A DNA stretch of 64,000 bases from Phoronis australis (taxonomy: Eukaryota; Animalia; Phoronida). A program made the translations under genes and the position numbers. The notes below the pieces were generated by a model. It did no database searches, was not told the DNA's origin, and saw nothing but the letters and a program-made list of their open reading frames with translations. Below, in pieces: positions 27,001 to 50,800 of this stretch. The stretch covers positions 1-64,000 of the forward strand of contig NMRA01000485.1 of assembly GCA_002633005.1 (NCBI GenBank), read 5' to 3'. Positions within the stretch are counted from its first letter, which is position 1; every line of letters starts with the position of its first letter.

Positions 27001-29840
27001 ATCAAATCAAAGACCAGTATGTTTGGTCCTTGTTATTATCGTACCGTCATTAGGAAAGTTTAAAAAACCAAAACATTTGTGGTTCTGCCCCAAAACACGA
27101 AACGAAACAATAGATGGCATTACACGCAGATTTAGCGGTTACTGCAGCGATGGTCATTTACTTCCTTGTTTTCCTCATTTCAGAGAGATCACGCCCACTG
27201 CAGACACAGACTCGATGATAATCGCTGGACAGAGGTTTGACGAGCTGCCGGTGGCCTATATCAAGGCTACTAACAACAACACCATTATGTCTCTGCATAA
27301 CCACAAGGGGGAGCTGATATTCCTAAACTCTGCTGTAAGTAGGCTATGATTGACAGGCTGCAGTAGTCAATGTATTTTGACCCTTCGTGATAGGGAGCTT
27401 AGAGACTGCTATAGTGATGATTTTGCGTCGTTTGTGACTTGTTGCGGTTAGTTGAATTTGAGGGAGATAAGTCAATGTTATGTGCATGAAGACATTTTGC
27501 AGTATTTAGCACCAGAGCAAGGTGTGGATTCTGGCTACGGTTGTTCTTCTGTTAGTGGCTAAAAAATTTAATGAGTTATTGTTATTGGAGGCGTATGAGA
27601 TTTTTTGAATGGTACAAAGTATTTGAATCTCAAATGAAATGTATGAACTATTGGAACACGAATTCACGATGATCATACAGTGTATAGTGGTCGTGGGTCA
27701 TTTAGTGTAGATGTTAATGACGATCCCACAAGTTAAACACAAATTCCCCTCAGTGTCAAAGCTGACTTGAAAATTTGAACACATTCACGAAAATTCAATT
27801 AAGAAATTTTCTGGACTGAGGGGAAAAGTCACAAGACTTGGTGAACTTTAGGTTTGATTATTCTTCGAGGAAACCTTAGCGCCACCTGGTTAGGGCCAAT
27901 GTACAAGAACCATGATTTAAGCTTAGCTTCGTAATGTGAATTAAAGTTGATTTCCATACTAGGTAGCGTATAGTAATTTTTTAATGTTCAACCTTTGTCA
28001 GAACAGGCCAAGGTACATGAAAGCTGCTGAACATAGCTGCATGTGTGTGTGTGTGTGTGTGTGTGTGTACATTGCCGAATTCGATTGTGCTGTATAATTT
28101 CAGGGAATCGAAGGCTTCAAAAATGCAAGGAAGGGCACCACAATAGCAGCCCAGGCAACGGGTCTCACCATTGGGCAGGTACGGCGATGATGTCATAGTG
28201 GGACAGACAACCCCTTTGGTGGTTTGTTTCAAATAAAAGTACTTAAAATGCCACCCGCTCTTGTTACAATACGTTACAGAATAAAAAATAACATGGCTGG
28301 AGAGTAAACTGCACTGTTCCTGTCTCCTTTTAATTGCATTATGAAATCATTTAGAGAGAAGCCAAACTTCAGTTTGGTTTTCCTATTGCATCATGTTTAT
28401 AAACTTGTTTTCTCTTGGTGCCACACATCTTTCAGTAAGGTACTGGTTTCTTAGACCAGTGTAAAAAGGGACATTCCAAGCAAAAGTGAAACTCGGTGTA
28501 AGTCTAAACACAAACAGGACATAGGCTGTGGTTCATTTTGAATCAAATAATTGATGCCCTATCAACTAAGCACTCTAATAGTAATCAAATGATACACTAT
28601 GATTGATTCAATGATTGGTCACAGGTTAAGTTCAATAGTGAGTTGGTCGTATTGCGCATGGAATTGAAAACACGCTGAAACAAGATGGAGTCCACCTACG
28701 GATCTTTACCATAGTGGAGATCATCACTCTCCGATTGCTTTCCTGTTATTCCCCAACGTTGTTTTGTCTCACTTCAGAAAGCCCTTGGGGAAGGTATTAA
28801 GCACGTGAGAGTGAAAGTCAAAGGAATTGGTCCTGGAAGACTGGTACGTATTTCAGAGTAGAGTCGTAATCTCACATACTGCCACCCAAAGGCAAGTAAA
28901 TCTAGGTCATATTATAAATTAGACAAACCACTCTAAGGAGGATTGTGGAGATTGGCATGTATATTCCTAATGTGAAGAGCTGGGCTGATGATTTTCCGAC
29001 GACTTCGACTATTGTGGTGCCTACTAGTGGCAGTTTGTTTTTTTTTGCGCTCAAAGCTGTATCTCCTAAACACTCTGCAAGATGTTTATTTAAATTAAGC
29101 TAAATTGTATTCATATGAAGTTGTCAACAGGCGACGACGACAACCAGACGTATCTGACGAACGCTGTGCTCCCTAGTGGCAATTTCATTTTTTTTCTATT
29201 TCCCTCTGACTGTCTCTTTGAAGTTGCTTTACAGATTTTTATGAAATTCAATAAATAGCTTTCTATTAAAAACAATGACATGTTTGCTTGTTGAAAGATT
29301 TTTACTGCATTCATATCATTTAAAACAGTATTTTCTTTCAGACGTGTAGCTTTCCGAAAATAATTAAAACTGGGTTTTGTAAATTTATATTCTCTCTAGT
29401 TACTAGGACTTCAGTCGAATTACCATCAAGAGTTACAGTGAGTTGACATTTCTCTGACGGTATTTCAGATATCTCCAAAATGCCTGGAAAAGTTAGTTTG
29501 TAGCACATAAAGATAAAAAGCTGTGATTATGAATTGTTAGCATCTGTATTGCTTTTCAAGTAACAAAACGCATTCTGTGTCTTCTAGTGTGGCAAAACAT
29601 AGGAAAGAAAATGGTGCGACAGTCTAAACTGTCTTATCAGCATGTAGACTTTACACAACTTAGTCACGTTGTTATAGACCTGTGCTGCATATCGGTTATG
29701 TCAGGTTGTCAATGGAACATTCTCCATTTCAGCCAGCAATAAAAGGCCTGCAGATGGCAGGCATGACAGTAGTTTCCATCACGGACAATACAAAAATCGA
29801 GTTCTACACTCGTAGGCCCAGAAAGCAGCGACGGGTGTAG
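24079..29840 (+). CDS. MRPS11: Mitochondrial ribosomal protein uS11m; 6 coding exons, 221 aa
   Basis: Exons 24079-24148, 25703-25898, 27184-27334, 28104-28178, 28778-28843, 29733-29840. All GT-AG with matching phases (1,2,0,0,0), 666 nt total. S11 motifs IKATNNNTI, GFKNARKGTTIAAQ, VKVKGIGPGR, SITDNT...RPRKQRRV*. Confidence 0.95.
24511..24625 (+). pseudogene. Decayed THAP zinc-finger fragment (DNA-transposon remnant) in an MRPS11 intron
   Basis: MICCVLGGCGNRHYNPTISVFELPKDPVLTK has the C-x-C...F-x-LP-KD THAP N-terminal pattern, then degenerates. Confidence 0.5.
24840..25330 (-). mobile_element. Highly decayed LINE reverse-transcriptase remnant
   Basis: FRDDTNSL resembles the F(A)DDT catalytic motif; no intact frame around it. 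Confidence 0.35.
28041..28068. repeat. (TG)n microsatellite
   Basis: Seen directly. Confidence 0.95.
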
Positions 29841-32049
29841 AGACGCCAGATATTCATCACGCGATTGGTTTACGACAGCGCATCAAAAGTGGAGCTGTAT
29901 TCAAGCATTGTGGAGCAGGAAACAAGCTGTCATCTTGGGAGTCTGGTGATACATTACCAGATCTTTACCAATTTCTAAAATGCAGCCATGTGTACTGCAT
30001 TGTTGTCTGTTAGACGGACTGGGTGTAATCTCAGGTGTTTAAACTGGTCGTTGCAAGCTGATCTCGTTTTTTATAAGGAAACGTGTTTGAACTTCCAAAC
30101 AAAATCAAAGGTCTTGAGTGCCTAAGAATGATACATTGATGTATGTATTGAGGAATGTGATGTGAGGACCATCAATTAGGGTAAACGAAAAGCTTGAGAG
30201 TTGTCATTATGGACACTTCGTCATTGTTAACCATGCCAGTGTGGTTCCGGTGCGAATTTGTTATGCTTGTGACTATACTTCAAATTTGGCAAAAGTGAAT
30301 TCAAGTTCACAACTGCAGGTCAACACAATTTGACAGCAGCCTTTCTTGTTGACAAAACTGATTGAAAGTGCCACCATGTTGTGTATTGTGTGTTGGTAAA
30401 ATTACGCGAAAATGTATCATATTCATTACACCATATCTTATGTGTCAATTGCCATATAGTGTTTGATTTTACTTTATTTCTGTTTCTGTTGACAAAGGAA
30501 GTTGTTACATCTGAAAATTTCAAATTTCAGTTGATCCATTCTTGTTGTTTTATTTACGTATTTATATTCTACATTTCGTGAAAGAATAGTATCCTTGGGA
30601 GGATCTGGATCGCCTTATTTAGTTTCAGATTTATTATCTACGTTAAAATTACAAGGTAATGAAATGATAAACTGATCAAACAAGAGCAGAATTCTATTAT
30701 TTTGTATAATTTTGTAAACCAAGCTTGTTCAGGTAAGCAGCACTTGTTGAAATAGGACTCGTGTTGTTATCTGACTTTACCCCACTGTGTCGAATTGCGA
30801 TTTGCAGGTGTACGGCTTCACTCTTTTATAGTTGGCTTATCAGTGAAAGCTATGGTAAAGCTCCATCTAACCCAACCAAACCGACAGATCTTATCTGACA
30901 TATCTAAAGCCTGTGTGCATGAGCTAGATCTGTGGCTCTTCTAAACTTTGTCTGAATTGAGAGCAAATCCGGTTCCTGCATATCCGACATCCTCATGATT
31001 TACTGTGTTAACTGTTACATTTAAATTAACATGATCGTGGTTGCGTTGTTTGGTAAAGCGTAAAACTGAATTTTGTTTTTATTTGTGAACTGTTCAATCT
31101 GTATGACAGAATGTCAGCAAGGCTTAAGTAACGTATAATTTGGATTTTATTCAGGAATTTTGGAGATACACATTATTGACATTAACCCATGGATTACACA
31201 AGGCATGAATGCTCTGTTTATGCCAGTGTGCTGACATTTCATTACTCAGCTGGCTGTAGATGAAGTGAACTAGTGATGTAATGATAAGAAACCTAACACA
31301 ATGCAACACTGCCTTAGAAGTGTTTAAAATAGTTTAGTTTTCAAACAAGTTGGCAATTATCATCTAAATTAGTCCGATTTCGTTAAAGTTATGACAAAAA
31401 CTAAGAAAAAAAACTGGCGAAAAAAATAATATTTCAAAATTAGCTTCTTGACATTTTTGCTTTGAAATTTCGTCAATTGTTGACGAGAAGAAATATTGCC
31501 ATCTTTTTTTTGAAAACTACTGGAGTTTGATTGCTAGGCTTCCGGTAACTTTCTACTCTGAGATGAACTAGCACGTTTCAAAGACTAGAACAATGGTAAT
31601 CGACAGTGCATTGACAGTGTCACAACAATTGGTCAACATTAACTTGAATGTATCTCGAGGATGATATCAGGTAATGATGGACCGAGGGAGATAATAAACA
31701 TTGTCCAAGGCTATGGACAATGTTGCTCTTCGATGTCTGGAGTGTACTGTTTTGCATAACACAATATACTTGCCTTGAGTTTTAACTGCTTTCAACAACA
31801 GGGGGAAACGCTCAACAACACACTACCCTTTTCTGTAAATTTTATAATTGAACAAAATACTCCAATTTCACACTATTAAAAGTCTTTGATCCCAAGAGAG
31901 ATGTTTCCAGTGCTCTGATCGTGGCTTTCAGATTGTTATTTACAATAAGGCATATTAAAGTCTCTGAGCGTTTGCGGGAAACTAAAAAACCCACAAAATA
32001 TGTGAATTCATACTGATTTGAAACGTGTTCCAAAATGATCCTGACTGTG

Positions 32050-42000
<9,951 letters not shown>

Positions 42001-42177
42001 ATTTCATCAGCTAAACTGTAGTACCTGAAAAGTCCAAACAGAAATTATGTGAATTTGTGGTCAATAAAGTTACTGAAGCTGCTATGTATTGATTGAAGAG
42101 AGCTACTTAAAGGTGCCTGTGGTCTGTTTAAAGGATATCGTGTATGTTAGGCCTAAACGGAGAATTTATTTACTTAC

Positions 42178-42620
42178 TTGCATGAGATTGGCTTCTACAC
42201 TATGCTACACTATTGTACAATGGTTTATCGCCAGCCAGGGCACACAGGTGACGAACATCCCAGGCCCATTGATTTTGGAAGCCACAGAGATCTAGAAAAG
42301 ATTCGTCTTTATGAGGCGATGACAGCGACATCTTCAATGGATAGTCTCTGATTGCTTCATTAATTTCGTATAAATTTTCTATTTAACAGTAGTTAAAACT
42401 GTTTTGTGATGGATGTAGTAAAACAAATTATCAATAGCATAAGTAAATATTCATGTTTTAACATCACATAATAACACAGAGATATTGTTCTTTAACAATG
42501 AGCAGCCCAACTTGTTGATTTCACAATTTGCCACCAGGTGTCAAGATGGAAACGAAAGAGGTCGGTGTTGCGGCCTACGTCTTGCAATCACGTAAATTCG
42601 TTTGATTTGTTGCAGCAGCG
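42178..42620. promoter_or_regulatory. Putative compact bidirectional promoter between AFG2B and FBXO22
   Basis: Minus-strand 5'UTR intron 42177-42025 (GTAAGT...TTTTCAG) sits upstream of the AFG2B ATG. FBXO22 ATG is at 42621 on the plus strand. YY1-like CAAGATGG at 42542. Confidence 0.55.
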
Positions 42621-44795
42621 ATGGATCCTGATTATGTACTTACAGAAATTCCGGAGGTTACGGACCTTGTACTGAAGAATCTTCCTATGCGATCTCTGAA
42701 TCGGTGTGCAAGGTATGACAGGACTGGTTTCTTCTTCGACTCTGGTATCGCGGTGTGTAGTAGGCCTATGTCTCAGGCATACACACCTAAGACAATAACA
42801 TCGCCCTGTGATGTCAAGATTCCTCGTGTATTCCGAGTTTTCGCACACGCAATCTTGATAAGCATGATTATGTGTTCACGCACAGCAGAATTACAGGCAG
42901 TGTGGACGTGTGTATGTCTTACATACACCCATCTTGTGAAAAAATATGATTTCAAACTCTAGCAACATGGTTTTTCAAGCACAACAATCAAGAAATGTTT
43001 AAATAACTGAAATTGTATAAAAATTCACTAACAAAATTGGAGGTATTACAACCGCAGGTGTTTTCAAGCTAGGAAATGTTAAAGCTTACACTTATACCCG
43101 AGGTGATATTTGTCGCTTTCGATTACCGCTTCATCACTTATTCACATACATGTCTTTCCATTGAAAAGTGTTGTATTTTGTATATACAGTATATGAATTA
43201 CAAAGATTATTTTGGGAACAACGTTAACAACCGGTTGTGTGGGCACTAGCACATATTTTAATGTCACTGATGCATAAAAATGGCGAGCGCAAAGCTAGGA
43301 TTGGTTGTAGCATCAACAGTGACTCATCCTTCTGTACGTAATCTCACTTTCAGCGCTCGTAAAAGTCGTAACCATATGATTTCGAAGTTACAGCCTTCCA
43401 ACCCTGTGAGAGTAAGGTGCGCAATACTGCATGTCCTTTTCTGCAAGGCGATAATACCCTGAAAATAAAATCTTCAGAGTAACCACCCTTTGGTGTTATA
43501 ACTCACTCAAACTAAAGAAAAATCCAATTGGTAATAATTGCATTTTATTGATGATGTTAACAATAAAGCATTGATTCATAAAAGAATACAATTGCTAAAC
43601 AGAAACGCATATTCAGTTCTAGGATGCAGGTTTCAAAACAAATTCAGTAGTTGTCATGGAGTGATTGGTTTGCCTGAGTTACCGGTACTCAATATTTCAA
43701 GAGAGCTCGAGTTCAAATTTTCAAAAAAACATTGCTTTACTCGACGTCTTTACTTTACCTCATAATGCGGTCCTCATGAGATTGACTACAGTAACACCAT
43801 TCTTCGCATATGAGCTATGAAGCAAGATTTCCTTAAAAGATATTTTGTTGAGAAGTTGAACAAATGAAATTACATTTTTGCCGTATCGTTTCCTTAACCG
43901 AATAAATTTTACCACAATCCTTTATGTTCACTAGAGTATGCAGGCGCTGGCGAGACGTTGTTCAGAGAATCAAACGAGATAGGCAACAGGTGTGCTGTTT
44001 GCTGAGAACTGGAGAGTCCATTCGTGATGATAATATATTCAAGGTGAGCTATAAACCCCAATGTGGCTTGTGTCATACATGAAGGTCGTGACCTTTTATT
44101 GACCTCTGACTTCAGTTTCTGCCATTGTTAGGTATTAACCTGTTGTTGATGTACAAAGCAGTGTTCAACACAGGCGAAAACGTCTGCTCAAAAATACTTG
44201 TTTTATTTGTAAAAACTCAGTTTTATTTTTTTAAACTTGTTGTTAGCTGAGAGAGGTTGTACTGGTTCAACGGTTAGGGTATGTCATGAAAACAAAACCT
44301 AATTAATGTAATTTGACAATTTCCTAAACATAAAGTATACATTCATCAAAACTAGTTTTTGAATTGAGTATCTAGTCTCTAAACTGAAAGTGATACTGAA
44401 ATAATTATGTCTTGTCATTAAGAAATAGTGAAACTATTTCATCTTGGGTCATCTTTCTTGCATATTACAGAGTGTCCTGAACCGGAGACAGTCGAAATCT
44501 GTGACCAATAAGTTTGAAATTTAATAATGTACTGATCACACAGTCACATATTTTGACAGAATTACTTTGACTCACAAGAATGCAAATTTAAAAGCTTCCA
44601 CTCCTATTTCTTTGCATTAATTTCCTATTTCAGGATGTCATGATTGAGCCTCAGTTTGTGTTAGTGTTCAGCAGTTTTGAAGAGGAATTCGATGAAGCAG
44701 ATGCAGTAGACAATGTTCCCACTACTCCTGCACTATTGGTTGCGCTACAGTCACAGCTGCCCAGCTCATGTGTTATTTACCATGTCGAAGTGGAG
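42621..44795 (+). CDS. FBXO22: FBXO22 exons 1-3, first copy, truncated at N44796 (probable other allele)
   Basis: Exons 42621-42712, 43935-44043 and 44634-44795 (partial) are near-identical to 47880-50866. Confidence 0.8.
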
Positions 44796-47700
44796 NGTGG
44801 TCAATAAATTTACTGAAGCTGCTATGTATTGATTTAAGCCGTGAACATAATTATCTGAATATCGTTTGATTAAGACCACTTACAAATTACAAGGAGCTTC
44901 AGTGAGGTGTAATTTGCACAAATTCTGCCAGCGTACATGGTGTATTAGGATGTCAGCTACCACGTAGTTGGCAATGTGACTTTGCTAATTTAGCCCATAG
45001 CTGCTTGACATGTATAGTAATTCACAATGTAGCTGACAAGTGAAATTCTGTTTCATTGGTTAAATTGGTCCACAAAAGAAGAGATTAAGAACATGTTGGT
45101 CTATTACAAGCATGGCTTGTACTTATGTAGTTGCCACAAAACAACTTACATGTATTTGCAAAAAGGTAGACTACATACTACAGGAATGTTCTAACTGATT
45201 ACTTAGAAATTAGAGCTGTTGTGCTTGAACTTGGAATTCTTCTTAATCTCAAGACCGCATATGCATGAACTTGGAACACACTAGAAAACTTAATAAGTTT
45301 ATCCAAATCACGATCACGTTCACATTGAAAAGATTGTACAACACAAAAGCAAATCACATGTTCATAAACTAATAATTTTAATCCAATTATTGGGGATCCT
45401 GCTCACCAAGTGACCATGCCCTTTACAACCATGTTCTTTCAGCACAAATGGTTTTATTAAAACTGTTCCTACAGGTACAACTTCTACTATGAGTCAGTGG
45501 TGCGTATAATAGCTGATAAGTCATGCTGAAAACTACCTTCCAATGAATAGTTCAATGCTTGGGTGTTGCTGACAAAATCTCTGATCACTTAGTCCCGAAA
45601 AGAAATGGACAAAAGGTCCATATATACTTTCAAGCCTTCTATTTAGATATGATCTGAAGACTTTTAAGCCAACAAAAACTCCCAATGTGACCTAGTGAAT
45701 AGTCACTCTGTTGTTGGTTAGACCCCTAGTGATAGTGGAATATGGATAGAACTGGATAGGATGACTATCAGTGACATTAGAGAAATTCAAAAGATTTCTC
45801 TGGCAAATCGATCATTCTTTAAAGAGGATGTTAACAGCATGCCAAAAATATTGTTCTGATTCTGTGACAAAATTTCTGGTAAAGGAGAAAATGGGTGATC
45901 ATGGGATCAATAATAAAACTTTTTAAGACAAACAGTCATTCTCTGATTACTTAAATGAATATTAAGTTTCAAGCTCACGCATGTACAATCTTGAGATGCG
46001 GAATTCCAAGTTCAAGCAGTGAAGTGCCACCTAGTGCTGTGGTCAGTCCCTGTAATTTTTGTCTAAGTTATGTTGAAGGCAAAGGCCCTTGATTTTATCA
46101 GTTCCTCGATCACCACCGACTCCACTCACTGTGAAAATAACACATGTTTTTTTACACATCTATGATACAACATTGTCTCAAGGCTCATTGGATCAGTCCT
46201 TCCTTCAGTTCCTAAAATCAGAAACTGAATTTTTACACAGTGCACATGCAGTCTGCAGTCAATTATTTTGGGCAACTGAACGAAGAACTGCTCTAAAAAG
46301 TTTGATAATGGGAGTATGTGTTCGAGTTGGAAGGAATTAAAGACATCAACAGCCTCCTTTGGCTTTAAGGCGTACGTGCCCTATGTGCAAAAAGGTACTA
46401 CTTGTAAAAATGTGACTTTGATCTTTTAATCATTGTGAGACCTAACTTGCTGAAAAGCTTAAAGCAAATAAGAGCTTCACTGTTTCTACTGGGACCAGCT
46501 AGAGACGTTGGTCACTGTCTAGTTGGATTCGTAGGCGGGCTGTGGCTGTCACAGTCAGATTTAGCCTTGATACAAAGCTGTGTACACTAAATATACAGCT
46601 TTGAACTGATGTAGGTAAAAAAGTGGTAAGATAAAATCTGTTGGTGTCATTAAAAACTACAGTCTTCCTTAAGTAAACTAAATTATTGAACGGTGTTGAA
46701 AAAAATGGCGTTCTACCATTATTCTGCTGCTAAAGTTGTGTAGTGATCTTTAGCAATGGCTTTCGGTGCCATGAAAATTGGCCATAAAGTTCCTTTTTTC
46801 GCCAATTCTTCAATCAACATGCTTCTTCCATGAGGCTGCGTACACGTCACAACAATTAAATTATTGGAGCTGGTTTCATTTAGTTATAAGTTTTTAGAAT
46901 TTTGATACCGAAAAACCGAGTTTATGAAGAAATTTTGCTGCTGTCATCATCTCCTGATAGATAGCGCAAAAACTTAGGAAATTGCGCGTGTGCGTGTCAC
47001 GAGCGTACTCACCAGCGTTTTCAATACTACAACATAACTTCTCTTTGTTAGAAAAAACGGAGGATTACGCACGAAAATGACATTTATTAGATTGTTTTCC
47101 ACTTTTAAACGGCTGTAACGGGCAAGATGAATGTCACGTTTGATTCCCAGATTTTGCATGCGATCTTTATATAGCTCTACATGTTGATACAGGTTTCACT
47201 GCGATTTGACGAGCAGAACTACCCTGGCTGCGGGCAATTTTGGGGTCTATGGAAGAAAAACACACAGTGGTACCTAGTTGTTATTTGATGATACTATCAT
47301 CAGCTGACATCTGATGATAGTCTGATTCACACAGCTAGCTGCTAAGCTGGCTTACTTACTTAATTTAGTCAGGTTGTCTGTTTAAAGGATATCGTGTATG
47401 TTAGGCCTAAACGGAGAATTTATTTACTTACTTGCACGAGATTGGCTTCTACACTGTACTACACTATTCTACAATGGTTTACCGCCAGCCAGGGCACACA
47501 GGTGACGAACATCCCAGGCCATTGATTTTGGAAGCCACAGAGCGGTAGGCCGAGAAAAGATTCGTCTTTATGAGGCGATGACAGCGACATCTTCAATAGA
47601 AAGTCTCTGATTGCTTCATTAATTTCGTATAAATTTTCTATTTAACAGTAGTTAAAACTGTTTTGCGATGGATGTAGTAAAACAAATTATCAATATTATA

Positions 47701-47879
47701 AGTAAATATTCATATTTTAACATCACATAATAACACAGAGATATTGTTCTTTAACAATGAGCAGCCCAACTTGTTGATTTCACAATTTGCCACCAGGTGT
47801 CAAGATGGAAACGAAAGAGGTCGGTGTTGCGGCCGACGTCTTGCAATCACGTAAATTCGTTTGATTTGTTGCAGCAGCG

Positions 47880-50800
47880 ATGGATCCTGATTATGTACTT
47901 ACAGAAATTCCGGAGGTTACGGACCTTGTTCTGAAGAATCTTCCTATGCGATCTCTGAATCGGTGTGCAAGGTATGACAGAAATGGTTTCTCAGTTCTCA
48001 GTCCGACTTTGGCATCGCGGTGTGTTGGGGTGTGTAAAAAGTAGGCCTATGTCTCAGGCATAGACAATAACATCGCCCTGTAATGTCAAGATTCCTCGTA
48101 AATTCCGAGTTTTCGCACACGCAATCTTGATAAGCATGGTTATGTGTTCACGCGCAGCAGAATTACCGACAGTGTGGACGTGTGTATGTCGTGCATACAC
48201 CAACTTGCTAAAAATATGATTTCAAACTCTAGCTACATGGTTTTTTAAGCACAACAATCAAGAAATGTTTAAATAACTGAAATTGTATAAAAATTCACTA
48301 ACAACATTGGAGGTATTACAACCGCAGGTGTTTTCAAGCTAGGAAATGTTAAAGCTTGCACTTATACCCGAGGTGATATTTATCGCTTTCGATTACCGCT
48401 TCATCACTTATTCACATATCGTCCGGTTACCTATTTTCGTCAGGCTCCAAAGTTCGTCCGCCATCTTGTTTCGCGTGCAGCGCAACCACGCGGGACTTAG
48501 CGTTCCAATTTGGAGTTCTCGTCTGCACGTTAGGTACTAACTTATCGGAAGAGACACGTATCAAAGTAATGAGACAAAAATCGGTGAGTTTACCGATTGT
48601 TTTTTAAAACCACTTAAAAATCAGTAGATTTTACTAATACACTTTTTTGTGCGTTTTCAGAAGATGTTTTCGAATTTAAATTTTCTTCCGACGGGACACA
48701 AAACATGATCCAGGGTTTGTTTATGCAATGTATCTGTTTGTCCCAGGCACTAGTAGGATCTAGAAGGCCAAAGGAAAAATCCGCAGACAAATGCGATACG
48801 CTGGGTTCTTAACATTTTTGCCTCACGTTCACCATTAAACTGCATTGAAATGTTGTCCAATTGGCTTTTATTGGAAACCACAGTGCAGAGCTCAACATCA
48901 AAGCTTCAAATCGAGTTTATGTCAATAAAAACAGGCTGTTGCAATTTTCATTACTTCGTTGGCCTTTTTCTGCATGTTTCTCAGTTTTTACAAAAGGGGG
49001 CAGCATATGACGAACTTAGGTGTCACAATAAAATGGCTGCCGAAGGCAGTGCACATTTGAAATAACTCGGCACAAATTAAAGAAAACTTCCGAATCGATG
49101 AATGCGGTATATCTGTGAGAGTTAAATCGAATCCTATTCAGATCATAACTTTGAAGTGGAATAATTCGGTGAGTACAACAGCAAGTCGGTTTTATGCTTA
49201 GGCGGACGAACATTGGGCTCCCCAGTATACATGTCTTTCCATTGAAAAGTGTTGTATTTTGTATATGAATTATAAACATTATTTTGGGAACAACGTTAAC
49301 AACCGGTTGTGTGGGCACTAGCACATGTTTTAATGTCACTGATGCATAAAAATGGGGAGCGCAAAGCTAGGATTGGTTGTAGCATCAACAGTGACTCATC
49401 CTTCTGTATGTAATGTCACTTTCAGAGCTTGTAAAAGTCGTAACCATATGATTTCGAAGTTACAGCCTTCCAACCCTGTGAGAGTAGGTGCACAATACTG
49501 CATGTCCTTTTCTGCAAGGCGATAATGCCCTGAAAATTAAATCTTCAGAGTAACCACCCTTTGGTGTTATAACTCACTCAAACTAAAGAAAAATCTAATT
49601 GGTAATAATTGCATTTTATTGATGATGTTAACAATAAAACATTGATTCATAAAAGAATACAATTGCTAAACAGAAACGCATCAGTTCTAGGATGCAGGTT
49701 TCAAAAAAAATTCAGTAGTTGTCATGGAGTGATTGGTTTGCCCGAGTTACCAGTACTCAATATTTCAAGAGAGCTCGAGTTCAAATTTTCAAAAAAACAT
49801 TGCTTTACTCGACGTCTTTACTTTACCTCATAATGCGGTCCTCATGAGATTGACTACAGTAACACCATTCTTCGCATATGAGCTATGAAGCAAGATTTCC
49901 TTAAAAGATATTTTGTTGAGAAGTTAAACAAATGAAATCACATTTTTGCCGTATCGTTTCCTTAACTGAATAAATTTTACCACAATCCTTTATGTTCACT
50001 AGAGTATGCAGGCGCTGGCGAGACGTTGTTCAGAGAATCAAACGAGATAGGCAACAGGTGTGCTGTTTGCTGAGAACTGGAGAGTCCATTCGTGATGATA
50101 ATATATTCAAGGTGAGCTATAAACCCCAATGTGGCTTGTGTCATACATGAAGGTCGTGACCTTTTATTGACCTCTGACTTCAGTTTCTGCCATTGTTAGG
50201 TATTAACCTGTTGTTGATGTACAAAGCAGTGTTCAACACAGGCGAAAACGTCTGCTCAAAAATACTTGTTTTATTTGTAAAAACTCAGTTTTATTTTTTT
50301 TTTAAATTTGTTGTTAGCTGAGAGAGGTTGTACTGGTTTAACGGTTACGGTATGTCATGAAAACAAAACCTAATTAATGTAAATTGACAATTTCCTAAAC
50401 ATAAAGTATACATTCATCAAAACTAGTTTTTGAATTGAGTATCTAGTCTCTAAACTGAAAGTGATACTGAAATAATTATGTCTTGTCATTAAGAAATAGT
50501 GAAACCATTTCATCTTGGGTCATCTTTCTTGCATATTACAGAGTGTCCTGAACCGGAGACAGTCGAAATCTGTGACCAATAAGTTTGAAATTTAATAATG
50601 TACTGATCACACAGTCACATATTTTGACAGAATTACTTTGACTCACAAGAATGCAAATTTAAAAGCTTCCACTCCTATTTCTTTGCATTAATTTCCTATT
50701 TCAGGATGTCATGATTGAGCCTCAGTTTGTGTTAGTGTTCAGCAGTTTTGAAGAGGAATTCGATGAAGCAGATGCAGTAGACAATGTTCCCACTACTCCT

